A stretch of 24,000 bases of DNA from Candidatus Levyibacteriota bacterium (GTDB lineage: Bacteria > Patescibacteriota > Microgenomatia > Levybacterales > UBA12049). Made by a program: the position numbers and the translations under genes. Position 1 is the stretch's first letter; each line of letters starts with the position of its first letter. The notes under the pieces were generated by a model. That model did no database searches and was not told where the DNA came from. It saw only the letters and a program-made list of their open reading frames with translations. The stretch lies in the NCBI GenBank assembly GCA_016204425.1, contig JACQKR010000017.1:1-24000 (forward strand). The letters are read 5' to 3'. This document shows positions 21,300 through 24,000 of the stretch, in pieces.

Positions 21300-23057
21300 T
21301 TACGCGTTTTTTAGCTTACTGGCAAGCAGGGAATACATTATCTCCAATTCCTCCGTATCCTGATCCTGCTTCTCCTTTTCTTTAATCTCCAAAGCAATCT
21401 TTTTCATTCGATCTTTCAGATATATTCCTTGCAGTTGCAGCGCTGTTTTTTCTACCTCAATCAGATATTTGTCCTGATCGGCAAGCTGCGGGACAGCGGT
21501 AAGAAATGACTTATTGTATGCCTCCAGAAGCTCTGATGGAAGCCCATCGCCAAATCGTTTCCCATCAAACGTCTGATTCGTATCAAAAAACATAAGCAGG
21601 TGGTGAAGTATCTTCTGATACGCCCGTTCTTTAGAGAGTGAGTCGGTCAGAATGCCAATTGCTTTTTCAAGGGAGTCTTTGGGAGCAGGAGCTTGGATGA
21701 TCAGAGATGCGAGATATTCTTCCAAGATCTCTTCCCGCGATCGATTGACTTTGACAAAAACTTTCTTACTCTCGACTGCTTTTTTCTCTCTTCGCTGAAT
21801 TTCCTTTTGCAAGCTCTCATAGGACGTACTCAACGACGAACTGAGCTTTCGCATGTAATGCTCTTTGATGATTTCATTATCGATAAGGAGAAAAAGCGGC
21901 AATAATTCATCGGCAATTGCCTTTTTCCCTTCAGCCGATTGTCCGTTATGGGTCAAAAGTGCACGCTCTAAAAGGTAATCATAGACGTTACTATCATGCT
22001 TAAGCGCATGCTTAAACGCATACGGGTCGGTCCGAATTGCGTCATCTGGATCTTTTCCACTTGGAATAGAAAGAACTGTTGTCGTTAAGTGTTTCTTTTC
22101 AAGCAGGGAAAGGCTCCTTTTCAAAGCTTCTTGTCCGGCTTTATCCCCATCAAAACAGACAGTCACTTTTTGTGCATACCGGGCAAGTAAGTTGACCTGA
22201 TTCTCCGTTAATGCGGTTCCCTTAATAGCGAGAGCATTTGGAATGCCTGCTTGGAAACATGACATTACATCAAATTCCCCTTCAACAAGCAGCGCCTGAT
22301 TGCTCTGTCTTATCGGTTCTTTTGCAATATGCAAACCAAAAAACATATCGCCTTTGTGATACACGAGTGTTTCACGGGTATTAATGTACTTTGGGCCCGA
22401 ATCCGCTTCGGTGAGAGTTCTCCCTGAAAAACCAACGACATTATCCCGATGATCAATCAAGGGAAAAATCACTCTCCCCCTGAAAAAATCGACGACATCC
22501 CGACCTTTTATATATGCGAGCCCCGCATCGACAAGGTCTTGCGGAGTATATTGCTTTTTTTCAATCAAATAATGCGAAAGACCGTTGCCGACATTCGGGG
22601 CAAAACCTATTTTAAATGTTTCCCACACCCTTTGGTCTATTTTTCGGTTATGCAAATATGCTGCTGCTTTTTTCCCAACACTGTGCTTTGTCAAAATATA
22701 GTGATAAAACTCGGAAGCCAATGCGTTGATATGATAAATTTTTTCTTTTTTTGAGGAAGCTGCCGTATCAAATGCAGTTGTCTTAAGAGCAATTCCCGCA
22801 CGTTGCGCCAGGATACGTAGTGCCTCTGGAAATTCAAGTCGCTCATATTCCATGAGAAAGGTATAGATATCCCCACCCTTACTACAGCCAAAACAATGCC
22901 ATATTTGCCGCTCGGGAGAGACGACAAAAGACGGCGTTTTTTCCGTATGGAAAGGACAATTTGTTTTAAAATTCCGTCCTGTTTTCTTAAGCGGAATAAA
23001 CTCTGAAATAAAGGATATGATGTCAAGTTTTTCTCTGATGAGTGCCGATTGATCCAT
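21300..23057 (-). CDS. dnaG: DNA primase
   Basis: Zinc-ribbon CPFHTEKTPSFVVSPERQIWHCFGCSKGGD. TOPRIM region LLVEGEFDVMS ... VCFDGDKAGQEA. ATG at 23057 (MDQSALIREKLD) is preferred to the listed upstream non-ATG start. Confidence 0.95.
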   Translation of the reverse strand: MDQSALIREKLDIISFISEFIPLKKTGRNFKTNCPFHTEKTPSFVVSPERQIWHCFGCSKGGDIYTFLMEYERLEFPEALRILAQRAGIALKTTAFDTAASSKKEKIYHINALASEFYHYILTKHSVGKKAAAYLHNRKIDQRVWETFKIGFAPNVGNGLSHYLIEKKQYTPQDLVDAGLAYIKGRDVVDFFRGRVIFPLIDHRDNVVGFSGRTLTEADSGPKYINTRETLVYHKGDMFFGLHIAKEPIRQSNQALLVEGEFDVMSCFQAGIPNALAIKGTALTENQVNLLARYAQKVTVCFDGDKAGQEALKRSLSLLEKKHLTTTVLSIPSGKDPDDAIRTDPYAFKHALKHDSNVYDYLLERALLTHNGQSAEGKKAIADELLPLFLLIDNEIIKEHYMRKLSSSLSTSYESLQKEIQRREKKAVESKKVFVKVNRSREEILEEYLASLIIQAPAPKDSLEKAIGILTDSLSKERAYQKILHHLLMFFDTNQTFDGKRFGDGLPSELLEAYNKSFLTAVPQLADQDKYLIEVEKTALQLQGIYLKDRMKKIALEIKEKEKQDQDTEELEIMYSLLASKLKNA

Positions 23058-23173
23058 ATGTTTGACAATTAACAATTTACCTTCAACAATTAACTCTATT
23101 ATCAACAAACTGTTGCTTGTGAATTGTTACATGTAATCTGTTGCGGAAGCAGGGCTATTGTAGCACTCGCAGA

Positions 23174-23202
23174 TTGCTTTTCCAACTCCAGATCACTACA
23201 AT
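23174..23202 (+). promoter_or_regulatory. sigma70-like promoter (TTGCTT-17-TACAAT)
   Basis: TTGCTT at 23174-23179 and TACAAT at 23197-23202. The ATG at 23218 is 15 nt downstream. Confidence 0.4.
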
Positions 23203-23217
23203 GATCAAGCAATACGT

Positions 23218-23967
23218 ATGCTGTATAAACTACTCGTCCTTGATGTCGACGGAACGATCATTCCGTACGGCATGAGCGCACTTCCTTCCTTTCGCGTCAC
23301 AGAAGCAATTAAAAAAGCGGGTGAAAAACTTACGATCTGCCTCGCGACTGGAAGACCGTATTTCCTGCTTACGAAGATTTTTGACCACTTAAATCTTTCA
23401 GGATTTGCGATTATTAATGACGGCGCTCAGCTCATCGATATTCAAACGAGAAAACTCTATTATGAGCGGGTTATGGATCCTGAAATCGTATCCCATATCT
23501 GTCGTATCATTCACCGTGCTGGCATTCCATTCTATATTCACGACAATGGAAAGGACTTGCTCTACACGCCTGATTATATCCCTAACAGACCATACAATAT
23601 CTTGACGCTCCAGGAACATGAAGAGGAGAAAATCGATAAGCTTGTTACGCTCATCTCATACTTACCCAGTATTAAAATAAATAAAACACACGGTGCGGAA
23701 AATCACGGCCTCCTTATCTCTCATGCCTCGGCAACAAAACTGCATGGCATTTATGAAGTATCTCGAATCCTTCGAATAAAAAAGGAGGAAATAATTGGCA
23801 TTGGGGATAGTGGAAACGACTTTCCGCTCCTTATGGCCAGTGGCCTGAAGGTCGCAATGGGAAACGCGATCGAGGACCTCAAGGAAATTGCGGACCATGT
23901 CGCACCGAGTGTTGAAGAAGACGGCGTTGCCCATGTGATTGAAAAATTCATCCTAAATAGTAGTTGA
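23218..23967 (+). CDS. HAD-superfamily hydrolase, Cof-type (subfamily IIB) phosphatase
   Basis: Motif I LVLDVDGTI, motif II ATGR, motif IV GDSGNDFPLL. Confidence 0.9.
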   Translation: MLYKLLVLDVDGTIIPYGMSALPSFRVTEAIKKAGEKLTICLATGRPYFLLTKIFDHLNLSGFAIINDGAQLIDIQTRKLYYERVMDPEIVSHICRIIHRAGIPFYIHDNGKDLLYTPDYIPNRPYNILTLQEHEEEKIDKLVTLISYLPSIKINKTHGAENHGLLISHASATKLHGIYEVSRILRIKKEEIIGIGDSGNDFPLLMASGLKVAMGNAIEDLKEIADHVAPSVEEDGVAHVIEKFILNSS

Positions 23968-24000
23968 TAATTCGAGAGAAATATTATAAGATACTGTTAT

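Noticed and set aside
1-24000. Search for tRNA/rRNA genes, CRISPR arrays, IS elements or integrases
   Set aside because: No intergenic segment shows tRNA hallmarks (a GTTCRANNC T-loop with a matching acceptor stem). No regularly spaced direct repeats are present. No ORF has transposase, integrase or recombinase motifs.

Overview
This AT-biased, gene-dense bacterial window holds about 33 intact genes, with short intergenic gaps and several convergent gene pairs that touch or overlap. TGA is a normal stop codon here (standard code 11). The gene content fits a reduced-genome bacterium and resembles Patescibacteria/CPR, but that is inference only: salvage enzymes hpt, upp, a LOG-family protein and thiamine pyrophosphokinase, plus msrA, an RRM protein with a DEAD-box helicase, and a dnaG-rpoD pair without rpsU. 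The left third (about 2.9-8.5 kb) looks accessory and detoxification-like. It carries a GNAT, several VOC/glyoxalase-fold genes, an ArsR-SRPBCC pair, a DHA1-type MFS exporter and an HExxH protease. Among these sit at least three short gene relics: a VOC 3' fragment, a GNAT 3' fragment, and a small membrane ORF interrupted by an in-frame TGA. The right two thirds are mostly housekeeping. No tRNA, rRNA, CRISPR array, transposase or integrase was recognised. I cannot demonstrate a defined new multi-gene system from sequence alone. The strongest candidates for follow-up are: (1) a pervasive leaderless-mRNA layout, with a -10 box 6-10 nt upstream of about 18 start codons, while only the RRM gene has a strong SD and a long structured leader; (2) a large Cys-pair/His-Gly repeat protein at the left edge with no family I can name; (3) a stand-alone LigD-type 3'-phosphoesterase next to an acidic coiled-coil protein; (4) the relic-rich VOC/GNAT/MFS region; (5) a secreted discoidin-like protein with a CGCCC cysteine cluster.
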